Notes under the pieces: generated by a model | What the model was told of the DNA's origin: nothing | Seen by the model: the letters and a program-made list of their open reading frames with translations, nothing else | Database searches by the model: none | NCBI GenBank assembly: GCA_017499595.2 | Contig: CM038999.1 | Span: forward strand, 4,030,001-4,094,000 | Direction: 5' to 3' | DNA: 64,000 bases | From: Psilocybe cubensis | Taxonomy: Eukaryota | Made by a program: the position numbers and the translations under genes | Shown: one piece after another, positions 23,981-36,662 of the stretch | Numbering within the stretch: position 1 is the first letter of the stretch | Layout of the letters: each line of letters starts with the position of its first letter

Positions 23981-24787
23981 ATGGCCTCTGATACGCGACA
24001 AGATAAACGAAAACATAATGAGATACGGGAAATCCGGATATCGTACGATGGATTAGCAAGAGTAGATGGCTCGGCTCGGTTTGGTTTTGGTATGCCCGTC
24101 ACGGTTTTTCCTCTTTTTTTCAACTTTTCACGCTTGTAGCCAGGTGATACGGCTGCGCTGGCCTCGATATCTGGGCCTATCGAAGTCAGGCTGGCCGCGG
24201 AGCTGCCTTCAAAAGCAACGTTTGAGGTGCTTGTTAGGCCGCTGTCGAATGTGCCAGCAACCGAGGCGAAATCGTTGGCGGCGAGTATACGGTCCACCCT
24301 CGAACCCTCGCTCATCTTGACGAAGAACCCGAGGACGCTTGTGCAGCTTGTTGTGCAGAGTCTGAGTCCGCCGCGTGATGCGTTGAGTCTGTCGGCTGCA
24401 ATGGTGAATGCCAGCTCGTTGGCGCTGCTCAAAGCGAGCTCGGTGCCGATGAAAGGCGTCGTTGCGGCTGTAGCTGTGGGTCAGCTTTCGAGTGGAGCTC
24501 TTGTGCTTGATCCTAGTGATGAGGCTGAGGTTGTCAAGGGAGGAGGGGTGTTCGCCTTCATGTTTGCTGATGGCATAGGCCTGAACGACTCAAACACCGA
24601 TTGCCTTTGGACAAGTTGGAAATCGACATTGGGGAGATATGATGAGAAAGAGTTGGTTGCAGCGAGGGAGCTGGCGAGGGAAGGTGCACAAGAGGTTTAC
24701 ACCGCCATGAGGAAGAGCTTCGAACACTCGGGTGAGATGGGTGTCAACACCAATGATGAAGAAGACGACGATAAAATGGAGATTTGA
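23981..24787 (+). CDS. RRP46: Exosome complex component Rrp46 (RNase PH family), two exons
   Basis: LARVDGSARFGFG|DTAALASISGPIEVRLAAELPSKATFEVLVRP...NPRTLVQLVVQ...AAMVNASSLALL...VPMKGV. Confidence 0.92.
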
Positions 24788-27700
24788 AATGACGACCACT
24801 TGGACAGGGCCCTTCTGTAGGGACATTTAAAACGGCGTCGCAGGATGGAGAACATTCGTCTTCCTTTTCGTGCAAAATCAAAATTATCGAAGTCGCGATA
24901 GCATCATTTCGATTACGATGATGACTATCGACTCCCTGTGCTTGGCAATACTCCCCGGCTACTCCCAGTCACTTATTTGCGACGTACTAGGATCTTTTTG
25001 AAGTCATGTATACGGCAATGGTTCAGAGTATGTATGGAGGTATCAATAATTATTCCGTTTCTTCGGATGAAACTGAACTTGTAGACCTTTTGTATCCTCC
25101 ATCAAGGCAATATTCAATACCACAACATTCAAAATACCCACACTTGCTACGGAAATTAACCCGCATGTGTGCTATGAACTTACACTTGATGTTCCAACGA
25201 CGACATGCATCGAGCTCGCTTCGTGACGTCCCAACCACGACACGCATCGAGCTTCGATTTAAAGCTCTCCGATATAACTATTGAAAAAGTTTGCTGATTC
25301 GACATTTATATTCTAGAAAATCCTTGGATATTGAAGGGAGTCAAGGGTGGCGTTCTTTAATTCTTTGGCTAGGCTATACTCGTTTGTGGCGGCTTCGATA
25401 GCTTCTCACAAGGGTTTTTCAAATCGAGGTGTATCCTTGTAAGTTGGCCTTCATTCGACATCAGCCCAGAAATATGAAACACGTAAATAACATTACGCCG
25501 CACCCTTCAGTTATCGTATTGGGTCAGTCGCTGCGACTTCGTTTTCAATGAGTTTCACGGCGGCCATGCTGACGATTCTGGCTTGAACCATATCGGTTTA
25601 TGTTTCCTTGTCTGTCCTCGCAAGCGACGCTTATCTTACGGTAATTTCCTTACGGCATTCAAATATATTGCCAGCTATGTCAGCTTAACTGCAGCGCTGA
25701 ATAACACTTTTCTTTCAAAATTCTCCCCCGACATGAGGTCCCAATCCACCAAACCTGGTCTATAGAAAAACGAACGTGCTACGGCGACATTTTTTTACTA
25801 CCTAGTCGGGCGCGGTACATTGCGTAGTCCGTACCAACCTTGGTGGTATGTGTCGCGACGCGGTTTTTCCTTACTTCAGCGTGGGTTGAGAAGTACCCGA
25901 GGGTGGTCATATGTGTCTCTTCATGGTCTCCATTCGTGCGCCATTTATTGCGTCTTCTCTTTCATTCCGGGTGTGTCGTGATCCATTCCGCCGTCATTCA
26001 TCAACAATCTCGGGGCAGAATTCAAGTCCCCCGACATACAATTCGAGAAATCTAGGGCACCATTACGAACTCATCTGGCTCAGGTGCTCAAGCCATACGG
26101 GTTCCTCACACTCCATTGATTCACGCATGACCTACGGCGCTGATCACCATCCGCAATATAAGGCGCTCTCCCCTTCGCCTGTTGTTCGTTCCTTCGGGTT
26201 CGTCAAGTTCACTATACACATCCCTGCTATAGACGCGAATATACGTTGCTTAAAAATACACTTAAACCCAAGTATATTTGTAAGAGGGGGAAGTCGGCTA
26301 GCATGGCGGTGTCTAATATCAATCCGACTTTCCGAAAGGCTCGTCTAGAATTCTAAAATAAATCACTGCTACCTCTCAAATATGGGCGGTCAATTGATCC
26401 ACAACTTGGTGTATCCCGATCCTCCACGATGTGTTGTTTGTGCAGTCAGATTGTGCTGCCTAGTCTAATAAAAGTACGATCTATATTAATTTTGGCGATC
26501 AACGCGTTTGCAACAAGGCTACAAAACCACAGTATCGTGATTTGAGGTGCTATACACTTAATCTATGCAATAAATGAAGGAATCAATCACACGAAAGCAC
26601 ATCAGACGATTGTATGGGCCAAAGTGTACAAAAAAAACCATTGACGACCCGAATTAACTACGTGGGTTGGATCGAGACGTGACTGGATACGAATACATCG
26701 GCTTCCGGTCGGCGAAATATGGTTTTGTCAATCAGTTTAAGTTTATGAACCCGTCGTACCACATTGGGGAGGACTAGTAGATGTGTGGCCGCCGCAAGGA
26801 GGCCCTAATTCTCCTTTTGCATTGCATGTTTCTCCTTCATCACTCGATTGTGTGTCCACAAGATTTGATGATATACTGCTGATCCTGTGTAATTAACGGC
26901 CCTCTCACAGCGTGGTACAGACGTTTCGATCGTGCTACCCAACATTCCGCATAATCAGACAACTGGTAAGCTCTATGATCGTTTCGGGAATATACACATC
27001 CTTCCAGGGTAAAATCCCAACTGGCTACTCAAACACAACAATCGAATTGACTTGTTATGCGTTTACACGCCCTTTGCTGGCCTTCTACATGCACAGATAT
27101 TTGCATCCGTAAATTAACAAGGGGCCGTCATATCCGAAACATAGCAGCGCCGTTTCAAGATATCATGTCATACTGATATTGGGAGTAATGTATTTTATGT
27201 GCTCAACAATAACTTTACGAATCATCTGGAATTTTCAAGGTTGTGTACAAGAAAATCAATAGGAGAGGAGGTTGAATGATTGTGGCTGCAGTCAAATTAG
27301 TAAAAGAGAATTACGATTTGTAGATCAGGACTTGTGTTAAAATAGGTGCCGCATGTAGAGTAAATCACCAGTTTCAACAAAGTATCGATTGTCATCACTG
27401 CCTTGACAAAATGGCGTACATGAAGCGAATCTCGAGGACATTTTCAAGTTGCCAACGTACACATGTGTTGAAGTTTCTAATGTTTATCAAAAGCGAGCGC
27501 TTAACTATATATCAGCTATGTAGTCGTATCAAAAACATATATCTAAGGTATTTTGGCCAGATAAATTCGAGGCCCATTGTCACACTTGATATGGTGGGAA
27601 ACCTCCGGCAACTGCCGCAGATCTATAGCATCCGGACGACTCTAATTTTAGCGCAGAGTTCCCGATCGTTGTGCCTCGTTGCGCAAAGTTCAACACGCGT

Positions 27701-27795
27701 TATCTAGCAGCAGTGAAAACCTCACACTGCAACAACGTGCAGCGTCAACGTTCAACCCTTAGTTCAAGTCCCTTTTATCCATCACTTTTCTCGCG

Positions 27796-29326
27796 ATGAA
27801 ATTCCCCCTCAAAAGCTACTGGTCCTCCTTTGTTAACCATCTCCACCGTTTTTTCAAAATGTCGTCAGAAGCCGAGTCACAGAAATACCCAGAGCTCGTC
27901 CGCGGCACGCAGAGTCTGCAGGAATACCTGGAGAAACTCGTCGATGCCTATGGTTGGCGTCCCAGTGAATACATGACGGAGCTATGTGTGGTGAAGGTAT
28001 CGCTGATGAAGAATGTCAAGACCAAATCAAGGCACGAATCCCTCCTGGTCGAACTTAGGGACCCCAACGGAGGCGCTCACTACCTGTACTTTGAACGAGC
28101 ACGGGACGCTAATGATGGCAAGCGCAGGTCGTCGGGTCCGGTGCAACCACCGTCTGACACTGAGCAATTGTCTGCAGGCCCAACACCGCACTCAGGCTAC
28201 ACTCCGAGTGTGAGTTCCAGGAAGAAAAACCGAAGACAGAAAAGCCTACTTCGCAGACAGTCGGAATTATTATTGGACCAAACGATATCTTCGCTGAGCA
28301 CCGCATCTTCTAGTGCTTCTCAATCTGTCAGTGATTCTTCGATGGGCACAGCGTGCGATACCGTGACATGTGTTCCCGACGGCCGGCGCTCGGGCGAGAA
28401 GTGCATGTGCTGGCTAGAATTCGAGAGAGAAGGAACTGGCAACGTCCCGGGCGTCCCACACGCACGACCGTCTGTGTACGATATTGCATTGATTGCAGAC
28501 ATCTTGAGCAAGGAGGCGCCGCGTTACCACCTCTTCAAAAGCAATTGTTACCATTTCGCCGGTCTCCTTTACGACACTCTTAATAAACTGTACAATCCGA
28601 GCGAAACCATCTTGGAGAAACTGAATGGAAAATGGAAGAGATTTCCTCTGTATGCTAAAGATCCGGAGCAGACAATTGCCTCCATCATTGATCATTATCG
28701 CGACGCTCGCACACAATTTCACACTAAGGTACGTGTCACAATTTTCAACAATTTATTGGTTGTTTGGACCTCCATGCTGACTGTTGCTCAAGATTGAGAA
28801 TCTCCACGTCGCGAGGGATAAGGCCAAGAGGGAGGCCGAAGAAAGGGCCCAAGAGGCCGACGAGCGCGCTAGAAGTGAGGCGCACCGCGCTGATACTGAG
28901 GCGCAGCAGAAGAAAGAGGCTGAAGATCTCGCTCGAAGTGAGGCCCAGCGCGCTGAAAGTGAAGCGCGCTTGAGGGAAGAGGAGGCGCGGCGGAGGGAAG
29001 AGGCGGAAAGGCGCGCTCAAAATGAAGCGCAGCAGAGGAAAGAGTTGGAGAAACGGTTGCAGATGGAGGGGAACCAGAAGAAAGAGGCGACCTGGCGCGC
29101 TCTAAACGAAACGCGCTTGAAGCAAGAGGAGAGGGGGCGGAGGGAAGAGGCGGAAAGGCGCGCTCAAAATGAAGCGCGCTTGAGGGAAGAGGCGGAAAGG
29201 CGCGCTCAAAATGAAGCGCGCTTGAGGGAAGAGGAGGCGCAGAGGAGGCAAGAGGCGGAGGCGAGGTCCAGGGAATTTGAAGAGGAGTTGAAGAGATACA
29301 AGAACATGCTCAAGGAGAGTCCGTAA
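27796..29326 (+). CDS. Hypothetical protein: putative permuted papain-like (PPPDE/NlpC-P60-like) domain plus E/R/A-rich helical repeat tail, two exons
   Basis: HESLLV...YLYFER upstream of YHLFKSNCYHFA. Intron 28729-28792 joins in frame to the 28784-29326 ORF with AERRAQNEARLREE repeats. The start may be 27859. Confidence 0.75.
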
Positions 29327-30069
29327 GTCATTGCATGTCCTGTTATCCATCTTTCCTCGTTCGCCAGTCTAAATTGTCCTTGCTCAACATCCCAGATGTC
29401 CCACTTGAAGTGAACAGGCGACCTTAGGCCCTCGCTGTATACTCTATTCGTCGAACCTGTGTGCATCGCGAGCCCATGGTCAACTCCGAGTGTTCGCCGG
29501 CCGACACTCGTTTCACGCCCTCAGCATGCGGGACCTTCAGCATCCAATCAATTGCGTTCGAGATAAGATGGATATGGATTTTTTTCATCATTTATGGCTC
29601 ACTCGTCGGATTCACGGCACATTGTAATTATCATACCATTGCTCGTCTTCCTGTTCAAAGGTTACACATGTCCTCGGCCTCTATGTTTTCTCATCGTATA
29701 CACATCCATTACATATATCCCATTTGTCTCATCATTTATGCATTCACAGACCCGGTGTGAAAGGTTCAGCCTGTATGTCAATTGTTCTTCCTACACCGCC
29801 CTCAGGAAAACCGGAACAACCAAACAACAAGACTCAAGTTAATTATTGTCCAACGAGTACGCGAGTCGCTTAAGCTCGGGCTCCCCCGACTCAAAAACCG
29901 CACGCTTTCCTCTGCTTGAATCTTATCTTTTCACATTCACGGCACGCAAGTTGAAGTCCGGATCCTCGTCGCGCCGGCAATCTACGTTCATCATGATACG
30001 CTCTTGCGCTCCTACTTATGAGCACTTGTAAAATTAAATTGACTTTTTACCCGCAACGCCTGGGTACAC

Positions 30070-30610
30070 CCGTCATCCACATAACACGTGCATACTAACC
30101 CTACGTCCAGTAGCTTCAATGACTTGCACACAATCTGATTCTAAATTAACAACTTTACAGGCCGCAGATAACACGCACCTGTATATCCCCGCGACGCACC
30201 GGCGAAACACATAACACGCAACATACAACGCGCAACACGCAACACGCACACATTCCCACAAATCTCACCCATCATCTCCTAGTGTAATGCGATGACGCGG
30301 TGCGGCGAGAGATGGGTAAACTGAAGGTGGAGGTGGAAGTAGTAGAGCACTTGTCATTTGTACCATACATGCGTACATCCGTCATCCACATAACATGTGC
30401 TGATTCTGGGATGGTCTTCCGAAGACTCGAGCAACAAGGGCGGCTGAGCACCGAGCAACAAAGGCGGCTGAGCACCGAGCAGCCGCCTTGTAACTTGCAC
30501 CGACTTTGGGAGGTATGTTCATCGCAAGAGGCGATGACGCGGTGCAGCGAGAGATGGGTAAACTGGAGGTGGAGATGGAAGTGGTAGAAAACTTGTCATT
30601 TGTGCCATAC
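30070..30610. repeat. Interleaved imperfect direct repeats
   Basis: ccgtcatccacataaca(c/t)gtgc at about 30070 and 30379; an 80-bp block gcgatgacgcggtgc...cttgtcatttgt(a/g)ccatac at about 30289 and 30531; a 23-bp unit ggcggctgagcaccgagcaacaa repeated at about 30440-30480. Confidence 0.75.
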
Positions 30611-31578
30611 AAAAAAGCATATGTTACCTGGCATGCCACCCCTCCGTTCTCTGAATTTGGTCCGATGAGTGTCGTGCGCTGGACCCAGATTCCAGATTCC
30701 ACAGGGTGAAAAAGAAAAGCTGTATTCAGATCCAGGCTGCGGAGCGCGGGGAGCTAGAGGCATTGAAGATGCAAGACTCTTGGTGGGTTACACCCCAGAA
30801 TCGGGGCAGAGGCGTGGCATAGTATGATTACTTCACGAGATATAATTATGGTGGGAGCGATGTTGAGGCCTCGAGGCGTCATTGATATTGAGGTCGAGGT
30901 TGAGATTTCTGGAATCTTTGAGGGAAGTGGGGGCGGCAGGAACTGAGGACGTCAACCCAAAGCAGCCGCTGGTCATGGGTAGAAGCAGAGACAGGGACGG
31001 TGGCAACAATGACCAGCAGTTTTGCACTGCTGGTCATTGAGGGAGGCGGTGGGGGCTGTAAAGCAGAACCGGCAATTCAAGCTGCTGGTTCATTGAAACA
31101 AGGAGAGGGGTTGGTGACACAAGCCCGGCTGGTTTGTTGAGGGAGGCAGGGGAGGCAGCAGATGCGACACAAACCTTTGCGCGCAGCTGGTTGGTGACCT
31201 TTCTCCCACATCGCCATCCTCATTCCAACACCAGTAATGGCATGTGCTCCAGCACTGCACACTGCAATTGTTCTCGTTTGATTGACTGTCCCCTGGCCCA
31301 GGGATGATCCTTGGTGTTATCGAGTGAGCGACAGGTTTGCAAACACACCACCGGCGCCCAGACATGCCACGCAAGAAGTAGGGCGCCCCGACTGATGGCA
31401 AAAGTAGGCACGGTGTCCTCATCATATCCAGGATTAGTCCAACGGTTGCGCGTGGTGCAATTCCCGCGTGTTCTATGTATTCACCATTCACAAACAACCA
31501 TTGCAAAACGTGTTCGTTGTTTTCTGGCCTACAACTACAACATGCGGAAGAATCTTATCGCCTTTTATTGTCTTCGTG

Positions 31579-33129
31579 TCAATAGCTATCAAACTCCGTC
31601 CTTCCACGTAAATCCAATGGCGCGTACTCGTCCTTCCCATTCTGCTCCAACTTCCCTTGACCTTCCAAATACCCCCACGTCGCCTTGGAAAATGATATCA
31701 CAGGATCCCTCCCCACTATACCTTCCACAAATCCAACGACCGTCACACTATCTCCAGGATGCACAAGGTGGAAAAAATTGTCGCCGAGTCGAACCCCTCT
31801 GCCTACTCTCTTCCCCGACGACGAGGTCAATGAGTATGGCGATAAGGACGTGATATTCTCCCCGCGCACACTTAGCTTCCGTCCCGGTTGACTTTCGAAA
31901 ACCACTGGTCTGTGCTCCTTCACATCCTCCCTACGTACCAACTTGTCCCACTCTTCTTCCGTCAACTCCCGTATCAAGCCTGGATGCGGCGGGTCCAGCA
32001 GGGTTACGCTCTCCCCGGGCTTCACGAGAACATATTCATTCTCGTCATCGCTCCATGGTATGGCGCGCGCGCAGCGCGATGGCACGAGGACCATGTAACA
32101 TGATGTCCTTCTCCTGGTGTGCAGACGCCTGATGAGTAGGTGACGAAGGGTTTGGGTGTGTGTGACATAGTTCCAGGTGTATGCCATGCGCCACGCGTAT
32201 ACGATTTCGAAGAGAGGGGTTGACTTCACCTTTGGCGACTTTTTCTTCCCCTTGAACTGGGAATTCAAACTCCCCATCTCGCTTTGACTCTCTCTACCTA
32301 TCCCATCTCTGTTCGCACTTGCAGTTCTATTCTCAAACACTGAATGAGCATTTAACTGACTTCCCGAATGCACCCCTACCAGCTCTTGCCCTTGCGAAGG
32401 GTAACAATTACCGGTCTGGGGAAGAATACCACCAGGAGAGTACACCAGTCCCATCGTACCACCTGGTGGGGAGTACGGAGTAGGGTACGGTTGCGGATGC
32501 GCGTATCCTTTTCTGCTTGGGCTCTGGTATCCGATTGGATAAACATTCGCATGTGGATATCCGTGAGTGTACGGATGCGAGGACACAGGCATCGACATTG
32601 ACATTGAGCGTGATCGCGCATGCCCTCCCCGATGGTCTGTATGATGTGAAGTCGCAGAGTGTGATGTTGGCGCATGCTGCTGCACCCCTGGAGTAGTGCT
32701 GCCGGACCTGCTCATAGCATGCACAGAGTGCATTGACGCCGTCTTCTGTACACCATGAACATGGTGGGCACCGAGGTATAATTCAGATAGTTGGGATGGT
32801 GGTGGAGGTGAGGTCATGCGCGTCTCATGCGAATGCGATGGCCGACTCGTGTTTGAGCTGGCATACGAATTCGAGCGCGAGTGCGACCGCGCGCCGCGCG
32901 AAGGTGGTGTTAGTAGCGCGTAGTGTGCGAGCGAGTCCTGCGATCCGGCATATCCGATACTGTAACCCCCCGAGGATGCTGCGTGTTGCGAGTGTGCGTA
33001 AGCCTGGGAATGGGATCTTGCGCGGGAATGGATTGTCGGTACGGCGTGGACGCTCGCCCACTCGCCGACGTGCTTCAGTTTCGCGTGGTACGCGGCTTCA
33101 GCCTCGGGCGAAAAGTCGTATTCGGTCAT
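31579..33129 (-). CDS. Hypothetical protein, low-complexity S/H/P/Y-rich N-half (MTEYDFSPEA family) with small globular C-terminal part
   Basis: 516-codon ORF. The N-terminus MTEYDFSPEAEAAY...VGEWA resembles a recurrent Agaricomycete family; YVLVKPGESVTLL and FHLVHPGDSVTVV form a repeat in the C-terminal part. Internal introns not excluded. Confidence 0.65.
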   Translation of the reverse strand: MTEYDFSPEAEAAYHAKLKHVGEWASVHAVPTIHSRARSHSQAYAHSQHAASSGGYSIGYAGSQDSLAHYALLTPPSRGARSHSRSNSYASSNTSRPSHSHETRMTSPPPPSQLSELYLGAHHVHGVQKTASMHSVHAMSRSGSTTPGVQQHAPTSHSATSHHTDHRGGHARSRSMSMSMPVSSHPYTHGYPHANVYPIGYQSPSRKGYAHPQPYPTPYSPPGGTMGLVYSPGGILPQTGNCYPSQGQELVGVHSGSQLNAHSVFENRTASANRDGIGRESQSEMGSLNSQFKGKKKSPKVKSTPLFEIVYAWRMAYTWNYVTHTQTLRHLLIRRLHTRRRTSCYMVLVPSRCARAIPWSDDENEYVLVKPGESVTLLDPPHPGLIRELTEEEWDKLVRREDVKEHRPVVFESQPGRKLSVRGENITSLSPYSLTSSSGKRVGRGVRLGDNFFHLVHPGDSVTVVGFVEGIVGRDPVISFSKATWGYLEGQGKLEQNGKDEYAPLDLRGRTEFDSY

Positions 33130-33706
33130 CTTTGGGATTCAGGTTTCGATATCTTCTTTAGCGTTATAGGATAGGCTACGACTTTTTTCTCGTTGGACTA
33201 GTTGGCAGTGAGTGGTTCGATTTAAGCAGACATTACGATGGATTTTACCTGATAATTTTTATACCTCCTGTAGACAACAAAAACATGGAAAGCTCAAATC
33301 TTGTCCTGCGAACGGGTCCAAGTTGGCGCTTATATTGTGTATCTTTAGCGTCTATGTACTACGAATCCGCACGCTTTGACCTTCGGCGAAGAATACAAAT
33401 CACAATTGGCCATGGGAAGCAAATATGTAGATGCTGGTTTGGGAAATCACACTGTGGTCCAAGAGTTTGTTTTTATGGATGGATACACTATTTATGGTAT
33501 GTCCCGCAACGTATCGTCCATACGACAGCAACCGATTAACGTATACTAATCTTTACTGTATTAAGGAGAATAAGGGTCGACCCGCTACTAAACACCTTTA
33601 GTGTACCACGGCGACTATGCCACCACTGTACCACGGATCTCTTTCTTGCCGCCGTCCATCGACTGTCTCTGCAATTAAAACATCCTATCTATTGGCTGAT
33701 CCAGTA

Positions 33707-35545
33707 TTAGGATACGTGATGGACTTTCAACATCTGCATCTGATTATACAAAAGAGGTACCCAAGCCTTTCTGGACGACCTCCCATACGGCAAATATGCA
33801 ACTGACATTCGAACGCCTGTCCCACTCAGAATCTCAGCGATCTGAGCCTCCAGCTGTTGGCGCCATATTACCCTTCGATCTTCATTTTGATCTCCGCTTG
33901 CGTCTTTCTCTACGCCGTTGTCCATCCACCCCTCGTCATCTTCTGGATAAGACGTTAACAAGAAGACGGTACAGACCACCTCAGGAGCCAAGTCACCCCT
34001 CGGCCCTTTATTTGACTTGGGCTCGAAATACGACCCCCTAAAGTAGCTTTCCCGCATTTTTAGCGCTCGACACATCGCAGGTACATCTCGGCTTGGACAC
34101 GTAATTCTCATGCCAGTCATCCTCGAGATGTACTCTCTCCTCCCGAGACGCCAGAATACATCCTTATGTATCGGGATAGTGAAGGGGAGCTTGAGATGCA
34201 ACACCTTGGGTATGGCACTGAACAGCGTGTCGAGGTCCGCCCCGTCCTGTCGCATACCGTGAGCTTCAGACTCATCGAGGATTCTGCCCATGAACATTAC
34301 CCCAGGGGAGAGTGTTTCCACCAGCTCGAGAGCCGTGAGCGTCGCCCATGCCTTGCGGAGGAACTTGGCGTAAGCCTGGATGTCCCAGCGTTGTAGGGGC
34401 ATATACGTCTCACTCGCATTTACAACCAAAGAGTCTAGAACTGGCGCGTCAATGTATTCCAGGAACTTGGGGTTCTGACTCGGGTCATACAGCCTCAACG
34501 CTAATTTGCGCAGCACCGAGAAACAAGCGCGCCTTTTGAACTTTGGCGCGTGCTTGATATTTTCCTTTGACTGGATTCCAGCGATCCGTGGAAAGCGAAT
34601 CGATAGCGTCGCCTCGACGAGCCGCGGCGCGCATGGAAGGCAGATGTGTACGAAAACGTGATGCCATTCCATTGGGTAGTCCACGATAGTGATGATGCTG
34701 AGGTTGCCTAGATTGAGGTTGACATTGAGCAGATGCCTGTCGTTAAATACACGCAAGCACACAGCGCTCTGTGTCTGGCTTGGACCCCAGTTCGTCCACA
34801 TTTCTACACACGCGTTCGCGGGCTTCTGCGACTGTTGGTGGGCAGTTGGACGCGTCCGGACAAGTAGCGATCGGTACGGAGTTCTGAAAAAATAAACCTC
34901 GTTGATGACATTAACCGTTCGCACATGTGCAATGCTTTGTGCTGGGATGGAGAGGAACGCTTTCATGTCCTCTTGCGCGAGCACAATCTGCGAGAGGGCG
35001 TGAATACGCGGGAGGAGTGGTGATACTATTTGCGTCATGAAACTGATCTTTCTTTGTCCGAAAATCGAGTCAAGGCCTATGAGCTCGTTACTCTTGCTGA
35101 TTGGTAGACGGTGTCCGCGGTATACATGATTAACTGCTTCTTTTCCTAGCATCTTCACGCCCAGTCGTACATCAGGAAGCATATTCACTACCCTTCTTAC
35201 GCAATCCATGGTATCCTCCACCGTTAGATTTAAATTCAAATTTCCTTCTTTGATATCTTTGCTTTCGCTTTGGTTAGGGAAGATAAACAAGTACGCCTCG
35301 CGGCCGCAACCGACAGGGATTGCCACGGTTGGTGGGATGTGTGTTACACCTCGTCGATGGAGGTGGTCACGGATGTATCGGACGATGCCTGTGTCGGGTG
35401 GGAAGCGTAAAGCATTTTTCTCAAAGCCACAAGTGCAGGGTATCAAGCTGCCACAGACGAGCGGGACAGATATACGGGATACTGAGGTGAGTGTTAGTGG
35501 CATGCATCTTTGCTTTCGGTTGAAGGGATGAACGTACAAGTGCAA
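33707..35545 (-). CDS. Hypothetical protein with LRR-like repeats of the kind found in Agaricomycete F-box proteins
   Basis: 612-codon open frame with APRLVEATL, FSVLRKLAL, APVLDSLVV, LTALEL, IPKVLHLKL. No clear F-box; true start uncertain. Confidence 0.6.
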   Translation of the reverse strand: MHLYVHPFNRKQRCMPLTLTSVSRISVPLVCGSLIPCTCGFEKNALRFPPDTGIVRYIRDHLHRRGVTHIPPTVAIPVGCGREAYLFIFPNQSESKDIKEGNLNLNLTVEDTMDCVRRVVNMLPDVRLGVKMLGKEAVNHVYRGHRLPISKSNELIGLDSIFGQRKISFMTQIVSPLLPRIHALSQIVLAQEDMKAFLSIPAQSIAHVRTVNVINEVYFFRTPYRSLLVRTRPTAHQQSQKPANACVEMWTNWGPSQTQSAVCLRVFNDRHLLNVNLNLGNLSIITIVDYPMEWHHVFVHICLPCAPRLVEATLSIRFPRIAGIQSKENIKHAPKFKRRACFSVLRKLALRLYDPSQNPKFLEYIDAPVLDSLVVNASETYMPLQRWDIQAYAKFLRKAWATLTALELVETLSPGVMFMGRILDESEAHGMRQDGADLDTLFSAIPKVLHLKLPFTIPIHKDVFWRLGRREYISRMTGMRITCPSRDVPAMCRALKMRESYFRGSYFEPKSNKGPRGDLAPEVVCTVFLLTSYPEDDEGWMDNGVEKDASGDQNEDRRVIWRQQLEAQIAEILSGTGVRMSVAYLPYGRSSRKAWVPLLYNQMQMLKVHHVS

Positions 35546-36662
35546 CTTTTTGACAATGAATTCTTAGGACTCCCAGGATTACCCATAGCAAGTTCGACAG
35601 TTATAATGCTGTAGCACCTCGTTCAATTAAAGGTAGTAGTCCGAAGAGGAGCGATGTTTGCAAGTTTGGACCTAATTCGCTGGAGGTAATATACTGATGG
35701 TACAGCTGATCACATGAGCGCGTAAGGAGTGGCTTTGATTGAGCACACGATGGGAGTGGCGTCGACCGTCGGGAAGGTTCCACTTGGACCACCTCACAGA
35801 TTTTCCCTTGCCGTATTTGCCATGCCACTAGAAAAGGAAGTGGTCCTAGTACTAACTTCAACTCTTCCAGTCGCTCCCTTGAACAGGAACACACCGCCAG
35901 TGACATACCGCACACGAACATTTTACAGGTGAAGACTGTTCGTATGGCTTAGGGGGATACACGAAGGTAGGTACCTTAATTGTCTGCAGTGCTGCTTCGT
36001 TGATATGTATAACATGATGTATTGTCAATGCTTTATCACGCAAATATGACGCTAGTATTTGTCTGGCGCCGATAAAGAAATCCCAGAGTATAGCAATTCA
36101 TTTTACCCACACATTCCGAGTAGACACAATAGGCGCCCGGCTTCGCAGCCTCGCCGTTTCCTCCCACCCCAAGAAATTTTTACATTTCAATTAATCTCTT
36201 TCTTCTGTAGACTTACTCGTAGTGTCTTGGCCTTCATATTTCGTGTTCGCTTCGCTTATTTCTTTACAAATTTTGTTTTACACACACACCCCACCTCAGT
36301 AGTATAAAAGCTAGCTATAAACCTATCTACACAATAACACATCGTTCACCTTTCATTCCAATCTCGTTCTCATCGTTTCAGCTGGTTAAGAAGACCAATG
36401 AAACCCTCTCACACCCTCAGACGCCTCTCATAGCGGTACTCCAGGAGTTTTGACTTATTTTATTCATTTTTGTTTGCTCCACGCACCTAGGACGCCGCTG
36501 GCACCCCACATATCGCAATTAACTACCATGCTCAACATGCACCAGGTGCTACCAGGGTGTGCATAAGACCGCATCGGTGATTTCCCTGCATCCTGCGAGC
36601 AAACCGAGCGGAGCTCGAAATAACTAAATCAGAACTTGTGACAAGAAAAGCGCAGGACTAGT

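Noticed and set aside
30070-30610. Direct repeats as a CRISPR-like array or LTR pair
   Set aside because: Eukaryotic context, only two copies per block, irregular spacing, no TG...CA ends or TSD.
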